A DNA stretch of 64,000 nucleotides, taken from NCBI GenBank assembly GCA_963814585.1, contig CAWFDF010000014.1, positions 288,001-352,000 on the forward strand, read 5' to 3'. Source of the DNA: an uncultured delta proteobacterium. Lineage in GTDB: Bacteria > Myxococcota > Myxococcia > Myxococcales > Anaeromyxobacteraceae. A program made the translations under genes and the position numbers. Numbering within the stretch: position 1 is the stretch's first letter; every line of letters begins with the position of its first letter. This document shows positions 1-9,069 of the stretch, piece by piece. Below the pieces are notes generated by a model. It ran no database searches, was not told where the DNA came from, and saw only the letters and a program-made list of their open reading frames with translations.

Positions 1-1618
1 TCGCCTGGTTGGCGATCACCAGCCCCTGCCCCTCGGCCTCGGCGCGGCGCACCGCCTTGTGGACCATGGAGAGGACGTCGTTGCCGATGGCGTTCATCTT
101 GGTGTGGAACTCGAGGGCGAAGACGCCGTCGCCGAGGTCGTGCAGCGAGGCGCCGGAGTTGCGCTCCACCACCTTGCCGGCCTTCTCCAGCAGCAGCAGA
201 TCGACCTGGCCAGCCGGGAGCGGGACCTCCTTCCAGCCGCCGCCACCCACGTCCCAATAGCGCTTGCGGCCGTCCTGGAAGGCGTAGAACGCCTCGATGC
301 TCTTGAGCTTCGCCGGCACCGCCACGCCGTCGGCCTCGGCGCGCTTGACGAACTCGGCCACGCCGATGGCGTCGAACATCTCGAAGGGCCCGAGCTCCCA
401 GTTGAAGCCCCAGCGCATGGCGTTGTCGACGTTGACGACGTCGTCGGCGATCTCGGGGATGCGGTTGAAGGCGTAGATGAGCGTGTCGCGCAGGTTGCGC
501 CAGGCCAGCTGGGCCCCCTTGTCGCTGCCGGCCAGCACGGTGCGGAGCCGCTTGCCCGGGTCGTCGATCCCCTTGCCGGCCTCGACCGAGGCGAACTTCG
601 GGCGGCGGCTCGGGGCGTACTCGCCCTTGACGTGGTCGAAGTAGAAGGTCTCCGGCTTGTCGCCCTTGGTCTTCTTGAAGAAGCCCTGCTTCGACTTGTT
701 GCCGAGCAGCCCCTTCGCCACCATCTGCGACATGAACTCCGGGAGCTTGAAGACCTCGCGCTGCTCGTCCTTGGGCAGCAGCTCCCAGGAGTTCCTCGCC
801 ACGTGCATCAGGGTGTCGATCCCGACCAGGTCGGCGGTGCGGAAGCAGGCGCTCTTGGGGCGGGCGGTGGCCGGTCCGGCGACGGCGTCGACCTCCTCGA
901 CGTCCAGGCCGAGCTCCTGCATCTGCTTCACCGCGCTGCAGATGGCGAAGACGCCGATGCGATTGGCCACGAAGTTGGGTGTGTCCTTGCCGAAGACGAT
1001 CCCCTTGCCGAGCCGGCGGCGGATGAAGCCGGCCAGCCCCTCGGCCACGGCCGGGTCGGTGTGCCGGCTCGAGACGATCTCGAGCAGCTTCATGTAGCGG
1101 GGCGGGTTGAAGAAGTGGGTGACCAGGAAGCGCGGCCGCAGCGCCTCGGGGAGCGCATCGGCCAGCTCGTTGACCGAGAGGCCGGAGGTATTGGTGGAGA
1201 GGATGGCGCCGGGCTTCAGGTTGGGGGCGATCTTCTCGGCGAAGAGGGCCTTCTTGATCCCCATGTTCTCGATGACCACCTCGATGACCCAGTCGCACTC
1301 GCGCAGGCGGGCGAGGTCGTCCTCGAGGTTGCCCACCTCGATGCGGGCCAGGTCGGCCGCGAGGAAGATCGGGGACGGCCTCAGCTTCTCCAGCGCGGCG
1401 AGGCCCGCGGCCGGGATCCGGTTGCGGACCGCGGGGTCGCTCGGCTTCAGGCCGGCGGCGCTCTCCTCGGAGGTGAGCGACGGGGGAACGATGTCGAGCA
1501 GCAGGACCTTCAGCCCGGCGTTGACCAGGTGGGCGGCGATGGTGCCGCCCATCACGCCCGCGCCCAGCACCGCCACCTTGTCGATCCGGGGGATCGAACC
1601 GCCAACCGTCGAGCTCAT
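1..1618 (-). CDS. fadN: 3-hydroxyacyl-CoA dehydrogenase/enoyl-CoA hydratase fusion (FadN-like); runs off the left edge
   Basis: Manual translation from ATG at 1618: MSSTVGGSIPRIDKVAVLGAGVMG (Rossmann), STNTSG, HFFNPPRYMKLLE, KDTPNFVANRIG, then crotonase-domain start LEFHTKMNAI; SD GAAGGAGG upstream. Absent from the ORF track because the stop lies outside the window. Confidence 0.9.
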   Translation of the reverse strand, partial: MSSTVGGSIPRIDKVAVLGAGVMGGTIAAHLVNAGLKVLLLDIVPPSLTSEESAAGLKPSDPAVRNRIPAAGLAALEKLRPSPIFLAADLARIEVGNLEDDLARLRECDWVIEVVIENMGIKKALFAEKIAPNLKPGAILSTNTSGLSVNELADALPEALRPRFLVTHFFNPPRYMKLLEIVSSRHTDPAVAEGLAGFIRRRLGKGIVFGKDTPNFVANRIGVFAICSAVKQMQELGLDVEEVDAVAGPATARPKSACFRTADLVGIDTLMHVARNSWELLPKDEQREVFKLPEFMSQMVAKGLLGNKSKQGFFKKTKGDKPETFYFDHVKGEYAPSRRPKFASVEAGKGIDDPGKRLRTVLAGSDKGAQLAWRNLRDTLIYAFNRIPEIADDVVNVDNAMRWGFNWELGPFEMFDAIGVAEFVKRAEADGVAVPAKLKSIEAFYAFQDGRKRYWDVGGGGWKEVPLPAGQVDLLLLEKAGKVVERNSGASLHDLGDGVFALEFHTKMNAIGNDVLSMVHKAVRRAEAEGQGLVIANQA

Positions 1619-1698
1619 CGCGCCTCCTTCAAGGCCATCGGACCACGCTGCCGAGTCCTGCGTCGCCGGAGCGTCACTTCCGCTGAGACATGACGGAG

Positions 1699-1715
1699 TG
1701 CAACGACCTGGCCAG
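1699..1715 (-). promoter_or_regulatory. sigma54 (-24/-12) promoter for the fadN-like gene
   Basis: Minus strand CTGGCCAGGTCGTTGCA = TGG-N10-GC with TTGCA at -12, ~80 bp upstream of fadN and next to a divergent sigma54 activator. Confidence 0.75.
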
Positions 1716-1798
1716 CTGATTCGCAGAATGGTGTCAGCCACTCATCTCTTCGTATTCACTGCTCTTAGATTCAGCTATTGACTTGACTTTACGCCGCG

Positions 1799-1830
1799 GT
1801 GTCTCATGGGATGTCTCGTTCCTGGGACAC
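1799..1830. promoter_or_regulatory. candidate PrpR-type upstream activator sites
   Basis: Two overlapping imperfect palindromes TGTCTCATGGGATG and TGTCTCGTTCCTGGGACA ~90-120 bp upstream of the -24 box, beyond an AT-rich spacer; resemble the enteric PrpR site CGTTTCATGAAACG. Confidence 0.4.
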
Positions 1831-1895
1831 CGCCGTCCCAGCGCTGATTCATCAGTCAATTCGCCGCACCCTCCCCTCCACCCCTGGAGACCTGG

Positions 1896-3836
1896 ATGCC
1901 CACCCCCCTGAGCCGACCCGTCATCTGGGCCTTCAGCACCAGCCGACTCCGCGCCGGCTTCGAGAGCGTCGCCCCGCTGCTGGCCGACCAGGCCGAGGTC
2001 CACGTCTTCGACGGGGGATTCGAGGAGGCGCTGGAGACGCTGCGAGCCCGGCGCGCCGCCGGTGACCACGTCGATGCCCTGGTCGCCGCCGGGGCCAATG
2101 GCGCCTACCTGCGCGACCACGCCGAGGTCCCGGTGGTGGTGGTCGGCGCCTCCACCGTCGACACCATCGGCGCGCTGCTGCGAGCGCGCCAGTTCTCCCC
2201 CCGCATCGGCGTGGTCAACTTCTCCCGGGTGGTGAGCGGCATCGACCAGGGCGGCTTCCTCATGGGTGACGCCAGGGTCGAGCAGCGCCCGTACCTCACC
2301 CCCGAGGAGGCGCGGACGCAGGTGCTCGACCTGGCCTCCCGCGGCGTCGAGGTGATCGTGGGCCCGGGCCCGGTCTGCGACCTGGCGGAGCAGGCCGGCC
2401 TGAAGTCGGTCCTGCTCTACGGGCAGGACTCGCTGGCCCAGTCCATCCGCCAGGCCATCGAGATCGCCCGCGTCACCCGCGCCGCCGAGGCCCGCCACGA
2501 TCACCTGCGGCTCTTCCTCGACCAGTTCGAGCCGGGCGTGGCGGTGGTGGACCTCGACGAGCGGGTGGTGTCGGCCAACCCGCCACTCCTGCGCCTCCTC
2601 TCGCTGCCGGCCGGCGAGGTGCTGGGGCGGCCGCTCTCGTCGGTGGCCCCGCCGCTGGGCCTGGCGCGGGTGCTCGAGGCCGGGATCGCCGAGGCCGACG
2701 CCCTGGAGCGGATCGGCGGGCGCGCCGTGCTGGTGAGCCGGACGCCGCTCCGCGACCACGGCGCCTTGCGAGGCGCCGCGGCCCTCTGCCAGGAGGCCAC
2801 CACCATCCAGCGCCAGGAGCGGCGGCTCCGCTCCCAGCACCGGCCGCCACGGTTCGAGGCCCGCTACACGCTCTCCGCCATCGTCGGCGACTCGGCCGCC
2901 ATCCGCGGGGTGCGCGCCATGGCCGAGCGCTACGCCCGCACCGACGCCACCGTGCTCATCACCGGCGACAGCGGCACCGGCAAGGAGATGGTGGCGCAGG
3001 GGATCCACGCCGCCGGAAAGCGGCGCGACCACCCGTTCGTGGCCATCAACTGCGCCGCCTTTCCGGAGACGCTGCTGGAGTCGGAGCTGTTCGGCTACGA
3101 GGAGGGGGCCTTCACCGGCTCGCGGCGGGGGGGACGACCCGGCCTGTTCGAGGCGGCCCACCTCGGGACCATCTTCCTCGACGAGGTGGGCGACGTGCCG
3201 CTCACGCTCCAGTCACGCCTGCTGCGCGTCCTGCAGGAGCGGCAGGTGCTCCGGCTCGGCAGCAACGACCCGACCCCGGTCGACGTCCGCGTCATCGCCG
3301 CCACCCACCTCGACCTGCGCGCCGCCGTGGCGGCCGGCCGCTTCCGCGACGACCTCTACTTCCGCCTCCACATCCTCCCCATCCACCTGCCGCCGCTGCG
3401 CGATCGGCACGGCGACGTGCCGGCCATCGCCGGCGACCTGTTGAGGCGGGCCCTGGCGCGCCACGGCGTCCCCGGCGCCCACGCCCGGGCCCTCGCCCGC
3501 GTGCTGCCCCGGCTGGAGGCCTATCGCTGGCCGGGCAACGTCCGCGAGCTGGAGAACGTGCTGGAGCGGGTCGCGGTCCTCTTCGCCGACGGGGCCATCT
3601 CCGACGACGAGCTGGATCTCGAGCTGCGCGCCGCCCTCCCCGAGCTGTTCGGCGGCGTGGCGGCGCCGGCCCGGCCGGAAGGCCTGCGCGCCACCCGCCA
3701 GGCGAGCGAGCAGGCCCAGGTGGAGCGGGTGGTGGCCGAGTGCGGCGGCAACCTGAGCGAGGCGGCCAGGCGGCTCGGCGTGGGTCGCTCGACCCTCTAC
3801 CGGAAGCTGGCTGGCCAGCGCCCGGCCGGCGGGTGA
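1896..3836 (+). CDS. prpR: PrpR-family sigma54-dependent activator (PrpR_N, PAS, AAA+, Fis HTH)
   Basis: VAAGANGAYLR PrpR_N motif, GDSGTGKE Walker A, GAFTG, FLDEVG, WPGNVRELEN, C-terminal HTH. Confidence 0.9.
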   Translation: MPTPLSRPVIWAFSTSRLRAGFESVAPLLADQAEVHVFDGGFEEALETLRARRAAGDHVDALVAAGANGAYLRDHAEVPVVVVGASTVDTIGALLRARQFSPRIGVVNFSRVVSGIDQGGFLMGDARVEQRPYLTPEEARTQVLDLASRGVEVIVGPGPVCDLAEQAGLKSVLLYGQDSLAQSIRQAIEIARVTRAAEARHDHLRLFLDQFEPGVAVVDLDERVVSANPPLLRLLSLPAGEVLGRPLSSVAPPLGLARVLEAGIAEADALERIGGRAVLVSRTPLRDHGALRGAAALCQEATTIQRQERRLRSQHRPPRFEARYTLSAIVGDSAAIRGVRAMAERYARTDATVLITGDSGTGKEMVAQGIHAAGKRRDHPFVAINCAAFPETLLESELFGYEEGAFTGSRRGGRPGLFEAAHLGTIFLDEVGDVPLTLQSRLLRVLQERQVLRLGSNDPTPVDVRVIAATHLDLRAAVAAGRFRDDLYFRLHILPIHLPPLRDRHGDVPAIAGDLLRRALARHGVPGAHARALARVLPRLEAYRWPGNVRELENVLERVAVLFADGAISDDELDLELRAALPELFGGVAAPARPEGLRATRQASEQAQVERVVAECGGNLSEAARRLGVGRSTLYRKLAGQRPAGG

Positions 3837-3839
3837 CGG

Positions 3840-5606
3840 CTAGACCTTCAGCCACTCGAACCAGACCGGGTGGTTGGCCTTGTACCACTCGAGCACGTCG
3901 CGGATGGCCAGCTGCTTGTCGCGCGGCATGACCCGCTCGTCGATCCGGTCCCAGTGGACGCGGATGGACTCACCGTCGTGCTCCAGGGCCTGGGAGAGCA
4001 TGGTCTGCAGCTCGTTCCGGATGCGCCCCGAGTCGGAGATCTTGACCGGCCGCGTCCGGTGGTCGACGCCGGAGATGAAGCGGACCAGCAGCGGGCTGAA
4101 GACGTGCCGGGCCTCCTCCAGCGGCTCCATGAACCGGAAAGTGAAGGTGACGCGAGACGAGGCGCTGCGGGTGGCCAGCAGGGTGGTCACCTTGTAGACG
4201 CCCTCCCCCACCTTCTCGATGCCGCGGGCCCCGGTGTAGGGGTCGTCGTTCATGTACCCGATGCAGGAGAGGACGTGCCAGCCCTTCTCCGGGAGGAAGT
4301 CGTCGGCGTGGAGCACCTTCCGGCCGGTGGGCATGTTGGAGGCCCTCGCCTCCTCGATGGCCTCGGCATAGGCCGTGATCTGCTTCTCCCCGACCTCCTG
4401 GCCGGCGTGGAGCCGCTTCACCTGCGCGGCGAAGTCCGGCGCGGCGGGATCGAGCTGCATCAGCTGGGCCTCCTGGGCGCAGGGCAGGTCGAAGGTGGGC
4501 GAGAACATGGCCATGCTGGCGTCGACGTCGAGCACCTCGGAGAGGCTGGAGGCCTGCATGGCCTCGGCGGTGGCCGCGTAGCCGTCGCAGAGGAAGACGT
4601 GGGGCGCCCCCGCGGCGTCCTTCCAGCTGCCCACCAGGAAGGTCGGGGCGTAGGTGCCGGAGTCGGTGAAGACGGCGTGGCCGGAGGGGGCCTTCCAGCC
4701 GTCCTCGACCAGGTGGCAGCCGGTGGCCTTCCACTCCGCCCAGAGCGGCCCCAGCCGCTTCACCCGGCTCTTCCCGGACAGGGTCCAGACGTGGATGTTC
4801 CTGCGCTCGATGCCCGGGTAGGTGGCCTCGATGGCCGCCGCGACCCGCTCCCGCGGGGTCCGGTAGTCGAGCAGCACGGCGGTCCGCTCGGCCGTGTCGA
4901 CGACCGGCCGGGGCACCGTCAGGCATCCCATGTACGACTCGTAGGGCTTGGAGACGCGGAGCGGGGAGTCGAAGAGGTGGAAGACCGTCATCGGGCCGGT
5001 CGGCTGCCCCTCGGCGAAGCGCGAGGTGCACTCCAGGGTGTCCACCGCCGCGCCCCAGATGGTGATGCCCCGGTCCTTGAGCCAGCCGTGGAACTGCTGG
5101 AAGTCGTGGCCCGGCTCGTTGAGCAGGCGGCGAACCCGCCGATCGACCGTGCGCGCCACCTCGGGCCGGGCGTAGACGCGGCCGAAGCCGAGCAGCGGGT
5201 TGGCCCCCATCTCCGGCGTCTCGCCGGCCTTGGGCATCAGCCCCTCGCCCAGCGAGACCATGATGGCGTGGTCCTCCGGCAGCGTGCGGGTCAGGTGCCA
5301 GAGCCCCTCGCTCATCACGTAGGCGCTGATGGCGTCGGCCGCCTTCTTGGCCTGGTTGTAGGCCTGCTTGTCCTTCCCCTTCCCCTCGCCGAAGCCGCCG
5401 AAGAGGCGGGTGCCGAGCGCCGTGGTCGCGGCGGTGAGCGCCAGGCAGCGGGTGATGCCCCGCGGCGTGAAGCTGTGCGAGCTGACCGGATCGGCCTGGG
5501 CCCGCTCCACCTCCACGTCCTCGAGCCAGAGGTGGAAGCGGAGGAGCACGGGCCGGGTGTCGAAGGCCCACTGCGCGATGACGTTTCGCTTCTCGAGGTC
5601 GGTCAT
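3840..5606 (-). CDS. divergent, C-terminally extended class II fructose/sedoheptulose-bisphosphatase (GlpX)-like protein, 588 aa
   Basis: Ordered motifs KAADA, SLGEG, AVDTLECTS, YESYM, TAEA match GlpX AADxAA, IGEG, DPLEGT, DxYM, PEG; start taken at MTDLEK. Confidence 0.6.
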   Translation of the reverse strand: MTDLEKRNVIAQWAFDTRPVLLRFHLWLEDVEVERAQADPVSSHSFTPRGITRCLALTAATTALGTRLFGGFGEGKGKDKQAYNQAKKAADAISAYVMSEGLWHLTRTLPEDHAIMVSLGEGLMPKAGETPEMGANPLLGFGRVYARPEVARTVDRRVRRLLNEPGHDFQQFHGWLKDRGITIWGAAVDTLECTSRFAEGQPTGPMTVFHLFDSPLRVSKPYESYMGCLTVPRPVVDTAERTAVLLDYRTPRERVAAAIEATYPGIERRNIHVWTLSGKSRVKRLGPLWAEWKATGCHLVEDGWKAPSGHAVFTDSGTYAPTFLVGSWKDAAGAPHVFLCDGYAATAEAMQASSLSEVLDVDASMAMFSPTFDLPCAQEAQLMQLDPAAPDFAAQVKRLHAGQEVGEKQITAYAEAIEEARASNMPTGRKVLHADDFLPEKGWHVLSCIGYMNDDPYTGARGIEKVGEGVYKVTTLLATRSASSRVTFTFRFMEPLEEARHVFSPLLVRFISGVDHRTRPVKISDSGRIRNELQTMLSQALEHDGESIRVHWDRIDERVMPRDKQLAIRDVLEWYKANHPVWFEWLKV

Positions 5607-5674
5607 GGGTGGTCGCCCGGGTGTCACGCCTGCGTGAGGCGGCATTGTAGCGTGAGTCGCGCTAAGTTGGACGG

Positions 5675-6871
5675 ATGAGCACGAAGCGAAAGCGCATCGG
5701 CATCCTCACCGGCGGCGGCGACGTCCCCGGCCTCAACTCGGTGATCAAGAGCGTCGTCTACCGGGGCTGGGAGCACGGCCTCGCGGTCACCGGCATCCGC
5801 CGGGGGTTCGAGGGGCTCACCCACGTCGACCTGGACGAGCCCGTCAGCAAGGACCGCTACGTCGTCCCGCTCGACCGGGAGAACTGCCGCACCATCGACC
5901 GGTCCGGCGGCACCGTCCTCCACACCAGCCGCGTCGGCCCCTCCAGGGTGAGCAGGCTCCCGCCGCACCTGGTCAACGCCGGCCTCCCCTCCACGACCGG
6001 GCCGAACGGCCCGTCCTGGGACCTCACCCCCCAGGTGCTCAAGAACATCGAGCGGCTCGGCCTCGAGTACCTGGTCTGCATCGGCGGCGACGGCACGCTC
6101 CGCTCGGCGGCCCAGCTCGCCAAGGTCGGCGTGAAGGTGATCGGCATCCCCAAGACCATGGACAACGACGTGCAGGGGACCGAGTACTGCATCGGCTTCT
6201 CCACGGCCATCACCCGCGCCACCGACGCCATCGAGCGGCAGCGCACCACGGTCGGGTCGCACGAGCGGATCGGGATCTTCCGCGTCTTCGGCCGCGACGC
6301 CGGCTTCACCGCGCTCTACACCGGCCACGTCACCTCCAACCGCTGCGTCATCCCCGAGTTCAAGGTCGACGTCGAGAAGTTGATCAACCTGCTGGTGACC
6401 GAGAAGCGGGAGAACCCGAGCAACTACGCCATCGTGGTCCTCTCCGAGGGGGCGACCTGGCACGGCTACGAGGTGGTCGAGTACGGGGCGGCCGACGTCT
6501 ACGGGCGGCGGCGCAAGGCCAGCGTGGCCGAGGTGCTGGCCGAGGAGTTCCGCCTCCGCACCAGCGAGGAGACCATCGTCTCCGACCTGACCTACGACCT
6601 GCGCTCCGGCGAGCCGGACTTCATCGACAAGCTGGTGGCCTCGACCTACGGCACCCTGGCGCTGGACGCCATCCTGGAGGGGAAGAGCGGCGTCATGTCG
6701 GCGCTGGTGGAGGGGACCTACCAGCTGGTGCCCATCCCCGATCCGAGGCTGGGGGCGCGCAAGGTGGACGTGGCCTCGATGTACAACACCGAGCGCTACC
6801 GGCCGCTGTACGCCAACAAGCTCGGGCTGCCCATCTTCCTCAACCGGCTCCCCGGCTCGAGGCCGGCCTGA
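5675..6871 (+). CDS. pfkA: 6-phosphofructokinase family protein (atypical)
   Basis: ILTGGGDVPGLN, GGTVLHTSR, IGGDGT, PKTMDND; MGR motif replaced by FGR. Confidence 0.9.
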   Translation: MSTKRKRIGILTGGGDVPGLNSVIKSVVYRGWEHGLAVTGIRRGFEGLTHVDLDEPVSKDRYVVPLDRENCRTIDRSGGTVLHTSRVGPSRVSRLPPHLVNAGLPSTTGPNGPSWDLTPQVLKNIERLGLEYLVCIGGDGTLRSAAQLAKVGVKVIGIPKTMDNDVQGTEYCIGFSTAITRATDAIERQRTTVGSHERIGIFRVFGRDAGFTALYTGHVTSNRCVIPEFKVDVEKLINLLVTEKRENPSNYAIVVLSEGATWHGYEVVEYGAADVYGRRRKASVAEVLAEEFRLRTSEETIVSDLTYDLRSGEPDFIDKLVASTYGTLALDAILEGKSGVMSALVEGTYQLVPIPDPRLGARKVDVASMYNTERYRPLYANKLGLPIFLNRLPGSRPA

Positions 6872-6952
6872 CGGCGAGGGCTCGCCGGCCGGATCGGGCC
6901 GGGCCGAGCCGCCCTGGCGAGCGGCCCGACCCGACTCCAGGGCGCCTCACGG

Positions 6953-8086
6953 CTACTTGCTGCTCGGCTTGCCCTCGACGCCCTTGACGTAGAAGTCGAC
7001 GGCGCCGAGCCAGCGGTCGTCGGCCGCCACGTCCTTGGCGAGCCGCACCTTGCCGGTGTTGTCGGTGACCGGCCCCTTGAAGATGTCGAGCGTGCCGGCC
7101 TTCAGGCCGGCCTTGGCCTCCTCGACCTTCTTCCTGGCGTCGGCCGGGACGAAGTCGGGGATCTTGATGAAGTCGGTCATCCCCTCCCGGTAACCCCACT
7201 TGGTCTCGCCGGTCTTCCAGCTCTTGGCGAGCACGTCGTTGAGTGCCTTCTCGTAGTAGACGCCCCACAGCAGCATGCAGGAGCCGAGGTGGGCCTTGGG
7301 CGCGAAGGCGCTCATGTCGCTGTCCCAGCCGAAGGCGTACTTGCCTGCCTTCTCGGCCGCCTGCAGCACCGCGGTGGAGTCGGTGTTCTGCAGCAGCACG
7401 TCGGCGCCCTTGTTGAGCAGCGTCTGGGCCGCCTCGGTCTCCTTGGGCGGGTCGAACCAGCTGCCGACCCAGACCACCTTGGTCTTGACCTTGGGGTTCA
7501 CGCTCTGCGCGCCCAGGGTGAAGGCGTTGATGTTGCGCAGGACCTCGGGGATGGGGAACGACGCCACGAAGCCGAGGGTGTTCGACCTGGTCATCCGGCC
7601 GGCCACGATGCCCGCCAGGTAGGCCCCCTCGTGGATGCGTGGCTCGTAGACGCGCATGTTGGCGCTGGTCTTGAAGCCGGTGGCGTGCTCGAAGAGGACG
7701 TCGGGGAAGTCCTTGGCCACCTTGGCCATGGAGTCGCCGAAGCCGAACGAGGTGGCGAAGATCACCTTGTTGCCCTGGGTGGCGAGGTCGCGGATGACGC
7801 GCTCGGCGTCGGGGCCTTCCTTGACGCTCTCCACGAAGGTGGTGGCCACCTTGTCGCCCAGCTTGGCGGCGGCCTCCTTGCGACCCAGGTCATGGGCGTA
7901 GGTGTAGCCGGCGTCGCCGACCGGGCCGACGTAGACGAACGCGGCCTTGAGCGGCGCGGGCCTGGCCGGGGCCGGGGCCGCGACGGGGGCCGGAGCGGGT
8001 TCGGTCTTCTTGCCACAGGCGGTGAGCCCGGCGGCCGCGACGGCGGCGGCCAGCGCGAGGTGCTTCAGTGGGGGACGATTCGTCAT
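6953..8086 (-). CDS. BMP-family ABC substrate-binding lipoprotein (purine nucleoside)
   Basis: Lipobox LTAC; FVYVGPVGDAGYTYAHDLGR, NINAFTLGA, WFDPPKE. Confidence 0.9.
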   Translation of the reverse strand: MTNRPPLKHLALAAAVAAAGLTACGKKTEPAPAPVAAPAPARPAPLKAAFVYVGPVGDAGYTYAHDLGRKEAAAKLGDKVATTFVESVKEGPDAERVIRDLATQGNKVIFATSFGFGDSMAKVAKDFPDVLFEHATGFKTSANMRVYEPRIHEGAYLAGIVAGRMTRSNTLGFVASFPIPEVLRNINAFTLGAQSVNPKVKTKVVWVGSWFDPPKETEAAQTLLNKGADVLLQNTDSTAVLQAAEKAGKYAFGWDSDMSAFAPKAHLGSCMLLWGVYYEKALNDVLAKSWKTGETKWGYREGMTDFIKIPDFVPADARKKVEEAKAGLKAGTLDIFKGPVTDNTGKVRLAKDVAADDRWLGAVDFYVKGVEGKPSSK

Positions 8087-8148
8087 GGCTGCGGTGCTCC
8101 TTGTGGGTGCGTGGAAGACGACCGGTGGCGAGACCTCTACCCCGATCC

Positions 8149-9069
8149 TCAGCTTCCGGGGAAGAAGGTCTTGCCGAGCGAGGCCGGCATGTTGAGCCGG
8201 ATCCAGACCGGGTTGCGGGAGATGAGGACCAGGACGACCACGGTGGCGAGGTAGGGCAGCATGCTCATGAACTGCGCGGCCACCTGGACCCCGGAGGCCT
8301 GGAGGTGGAGCTGGAGCATGGTGACGCCGCCGAACAGGTAGGCGCCGAGCAACAGCCGGCCTGGGCGCCAGGTGGCGAAGGTGGTGAGCGCCAGCGCGAT
8401 CCAGCCGCGCCCCGCCACCATCCCCTCCACCCAGAGCGGCGTGTAGACCACCGAGAGGTAGGTGCCGGCCACGCCGCAGAGCGCCCCGCCCGCCACCACC
8501 GCCGCCAGGCGGATGCGCCGCACCGGGTAGCCGAGGGCGTGGGCCGAGGTCGGCGACTCGCCGATGGAGCGGAGGATGAGCCCGCCCCGGGTCCGGTAGA
8601 GGAACCAGGCCACGCCGGCGGTGAGCGCCATGGCGAGGTAGACCACCGGGTGCTGCCGGAACAGGGCCGGTCCCAGCAGCGGCAGATCGCGCAGCAGCGG
8701 TACGCCGGCGATCTCGGACTCCTCGAGCTTCTTCCCCACGTACTCCAGCCCCACGAACGCCGAGAAGCCCGAGCCGAAGAGGCTGACCGCCAGCCCGGTG
8801 GCGTACTGGTTGGTGTTGAGCCAGATGACCAGCCAGCCGTAGAGCGCCGCCACCAGCGCCCCGGCCGCCGCGCCGGCGCCGAGCGCCGCCACCTCGCTCC
8901 CGGTCGAGAGACCGGTGGCGAACCCGGCCACCGCGGCCACCAGCATCAGCCCCTCGGCGCCGAGGTTGAGGACGCCGGCCCGCTCGTTGATGAGCAGGCC
9001 GATGCCGGCGATGGCCAGCGGCGTGCCGGCGGAGAGGGTGGCGGCGACCAGGAGCGCCAGCTCGTTCAT
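8149..9069 (-). CDS. nucleoside ABC transporter permease
   Basis: MNELALL start overlapping upstream stop; ERAGVLNLGAEG, GRGWIALAL. Confidence 0.9.
   Translation of the reverse strand: MNELALLVAATLSAGTPLAIAGIGLLINERAGVLNLGAEGLMLVAAVAGFATGLSTGSEVAALGAGAAAGALVAALYGWLVIWLNTNQYATGLAVSLFGSGFSAFVGLEYVGKKLEESEIAGVPLLRDLPLLGPALFRQHPVVYLAMALTAGVAWFLYRTRGGLILRSIGESPTSAHALGYPVRRIRLAAVVAGGALCGVAGTYLSVVYTPLWVEGMVAGRGWIALALTTFATWRPGRLLLGAYLFGGVTMLQLHLQASGVQVAAQFMSMLPYLATVVVLVLISRNPVWIRLNMPASLGKTFFPGS

Noticed and set aside
59..1693. Long antisense or alternate-frame ORFs (also 38798-41551, 45082-48987, 52664-56953 and many more)
   Set aside because: Shadow ORFs typical of very high GC DNA; they overlap well-supported genes and lack motifs
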